From Acidimicrobiia bacterium (GTDB lineage Bacteria > Actinomycetota > Acidimicrobiia > Spongiisociales > UBA11373), in contig JAWVYO010000001.1 of NCBI GenBank assembly GCA_033722675.1, forward strand, positions 48,371-112,370: DNA of 64,000 nt. Reading direction: 5' to 3'. The notes beneath the pieces were generated by a model. That model made no database searches, had not been told where the DNA came from, and worked only from the letters and a program-made list of their open reading frames with translations. Positions 61,150-64,000 of this stretch are shown here, piece by piece. Position 1 is the first letter of the stretch. Each line of letters begins with the position of its first letter. Position numbers and translations under genes: made by a program.

Positions 61150-62985
61150 ATGATCGACGATCCCTGGATCGACGTCTCGATCGAGGAACCGACCGGGGAC
61201 CCGGCGCGCCGCCCCGCCGCGCCATGGGGGGCCCTGGCGCTCGGCGTGTTCACCGCGGGCCTCATCGTGGCCCTCGGCTGGACCGCCCTGTCGATGCTCG
61301 ACCCGGGGACCCGGGCCCTCGTCCTGGATCCCGATACCAGTTCGCCGGCCGAGGTCTCCACGACGGGCGGCGCCCCGGCGTCGACCACCACCGAGCCCAC
61401 CCGACGCCGCACCGCCCGTGAGGAGCTGTGGGATCGCGCCCTCGCCGACGCCGGGGCGGCGGCTGCGATCATCGCCGACGAGGTGACCTCCGCGTCGGAG
61501 GTCTGGGAGAGCGGAGAGGCGGACTTCCCGACGACGCGGGCCCGGTTCACCGCGGCGTCGGAGCGGGCCGCCGACGCCGGGGCGGCGTTGGCGGCGACGA
61601 CCGTGCCGGAGGGGACGGACCGCGATGCCGTCGAGGACCTCCTCGCGCTGTTCGACGATCTCGCCGTGGCCGCCTCCGACGCCGCCCTCGGCCTCGACGC
61701 CCCCGACGACGGCGGCCTCAGGCGCACGGCCGTGGCCAGGACGACCGCCGTGACGGCGTCGATCGAGGGCGTGATCGGCGACCTGCGGGCGGCGCTGCCC
61801 GATCCCGAGCCCGGCGAGGCGATCGTCCAGCCGGGCGCGGGCGAACCGACGCGGGTCCTCGCCGCCGACGGCTCGGTCGCCGGATGGATCGGGGACGACG
61901 GCACCGTCACCGACGACTCGCCCCTCCCCGCCGTCGTCGAGTCGGCGATGGCCGCCGCCATCGACACCGCAGCCCTCGGACCCGACCCCGTCGGAGTCCT
62001 CGCCGGCGGCGGCGTCGAGATCGTCACGGGCATCGATCCCCGGCTCCAGGTCCAGGCCGAACGCGTCCTCGAACGATGGTTCGACGCCGATCCCGACACG
62101 CCGAAGGGCGGGGTCGCCGTCGTCGACGTCGACTCCGGCGCCGTGCTGGCCATCGCCGAACGGCGGGCCACCGGCGACGGGGGCGCCCACTACGCCCTCC
62201 ATCGGCGGCGACCGGGATCGGTCTTCAAGGCCTTCGCCTTCGTCGCCGCCCTGGAGCAGGGGATCGACCCCGACGCGCCCCGCGACGCCCGGACCCCGGT
62301 GACCCTGGACACGCCCACGGGGCCGTGGACGTGCTTCGACCCCGTGCCCGATCCCGACGCGTCCGCATCGTTGACGGAGGCGATCGTGACGTCGCTCAAC
62401 ACGGTCTTCTGCCGCCTCGCCGTCGACCTCGGTCCCGATCGCATCGTCCGCGCCGCCGGCCGCCTCGGCGTCGAGAGCCCGATCGCGTCGATCCCCTCGG
62501 TGGTGCTGGGATCGGAGAAGGTCTCCCCGCTCGAGATGGCGGGTTCCTTCGCGACGATCGCCCGCAGCGGCCTCCGCATCGATCCCTGGCTCGTCGACCG
62601 GGTCGTCGCCACGACCGGCGGCGTCCTGTGGGAGCGCAGCACCGCGGTCCAACGGGCCGTCGACCCGACGGTGGCCGACGGGGTCATCGACGCGCTCGAG
62701 GAGGTCGTCGCCAGGGGGACGGGCACGCTCGCCGACGTCGGCAGGCCCCAGTTCGGCAAGACCGGCAGCCCCATCGAGGGGACCGACGCCTGGTTCGTGG
62801 GGGCGACCGCGCGCACCGCCGGAGCCGTGTGGGTCGGTTCGGTCGACCCGGACCGGCCGATGGGGCCGTCGGTCCTCGACGGCCGGGAGTACGCCATGGT
62901 CTACGGGGGGCCGGTGGCGGCACCGATCTGGGCGGAGATCGTCTCGCTCGCCGAGCAGGACGTCCCCGCCGCGTCGTTCCCCTGA
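61150..62985 (+). CDS. penicillin-binding protein (membrane-anchored transpeptidase domain)
   Basis: SxxK (SVFKAF), SxN (SLNT) and KTG (KTGS) motifs. N-terminal TM helix. RBS GGAGGA before ATG. Confidence 0.8.
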   Translation: MIDDPWIDVSIEEPTGDPARRPAAPWGALALGVFTAGLIVALGWTALSMLDPGTRALVLDPDTSSPAEVSTTGGAPASTTTEPTRRRTAREELWDRALADAGAAAAIIADEVTSASEVWESGEADFPTTRARFTAASERAADAGAALAATTVPEGTDRDAVEDLLALFDDLAVAASDAALGLDAPDDGGLRRTAVARTTAVTASIEGVIGDLRAALPDPEPGEAIVQPGAGEPTRVLAADGSVAGWIGDDGTVTDDSPLPAVVESAMAAAIDTAALGPDPVGVLAGGGVEIVTGIDPRLQVQAERVLERWFDADPDTPKGGVAVVDVDSGAVLAIAERRATGDGGAHYALHRRRPGSVFKAFAFVAALEQGIDPDAPRDARTPVTLDTPTGPWTCFDPVPDPDASASLTEAIVTSLNTVFCRLAVDLGPDRIVRAAGRLGVESPIASIPSVVLGSEKVSPLEMAGSFATIARSGLRIDPWLVDRVVATTGGVLWERSTAVQRAVDPTVADGVIDALEEVVARGTGTLADVGRPQFGKTGSPIEGTDAWFVGATARTAGAVWVGSVDPDRPMGPSVLDGREYAMVYGGPVAAPIWAEIVSLAEQDVPAASFP

Positions 62986-63019
62986 CGGTCCGCCCGTCCG
63001 GATCCTCGAACGTCGGGGC

Positions 63020-63048
63020 TTGACACTCGGGGCCCGGCACCGTACAAA
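63020..63048 (+). promoter_or_regulatory. sigma-70/SigA-type promoter TTGACA-17-TACAAA
   Basis: Hexamers read directly at 63020-63025 and 63043-63048 with a 17-nt spacer, about 55 nt upstream of the riboswitch. Confidence 0.4.
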
Positions 63049-63101
63049 GGCACCTCACGCGAGACGGGAGCACACCCGAAGCACGCATCACTCACATACG
63101 A

Positions 63102-63209
63102 CTCATCCAGAGAGGTGGAGGGACAGGCCCTGTGAAACCTCGGCAACCATCCCCGCGTGGGAACGGTGCCAAGTCCTGCTCACCGGAACGACCGGCGAGA
63201 GAGATGAGG
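63102..63209 (+). promoter_or_regulatory. SAM-I (S-box) riboswitch
   Basis: Matches the S-box consensus: CUCAUCcAGAGaGGuGGAGGGAcaGGCCCugUGAAaCCuCGGCAACC...GGUGCCAAgUCCugC...AGAUGAG, with outer P1 stem CTCATC/GATGAG. Located upstream of metY. Confidence 0.85.
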
Positions 63210-63235
63210 AAGGCGAAGACCGTTTTCTGCATCCC

Positions 63236-64000
<765 letters not shown>

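Overview
This is a 64-kb chromosomal window from a high-GC (about 70%) actinobacterium. Genes are densely packed on both strands, and at least 11 adjacent gene pairs overlap by 4 nt (ATGA or GTGA) at the stop/start junction. No rRNA, tRNA, CRISPR arrays, transposases or integrases were found. Most content is core metabolism and cell-envelope function (several products are homologues of Mycobacterium proteins): cytochrome P450, Kef-type antiporter, PolX, fused isobutyryl-CoA mutase IcmF, heme A synthase, an SOS-response-associated (SRAP) peptidase, 2-oxoglutarate dehydrogenase Kgd, prephenate dehydratase, malic enzyme, PspA, ProC, proline dehydrogenase, a penicillin-binding protein, and a SAM-I riboswitch upstream of metY at the 3' edge. 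The strongest candidate for an undescribed system is at 46328-50759. It comprises a 65-aa four-Cys zinc-ribbon protein, a 934-aa duplicated FtsX-type permease with two large extracytoplasmic domains, and two different ABC ATPase genes, one with a canonical LSGGE signature and one with a degenerate VSMGE signature. This predicts an asymmetric heterodimeric motor on a MacB-like (type VII) scaffold. Other notable points are a translationally coupled ProC-ProDH-membrane protein chain upstream of PspA, a coupled wax-ester synthase, orphan NuoF-like flavoprotein and S41 peptidase operon, a conserved hypothetical gene fused to an Fe(III)-type ABC importer, twin perfect palindromic operators between divergent marR and yceI, and an orphan beta-class DNA methyltransferase. 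Gene starts were refined from the ORF track by domain boundaries, signal peptides and coupling overlaps. Many long track ORFs are antisense artefacts of GC-rich sequence and were rejected.
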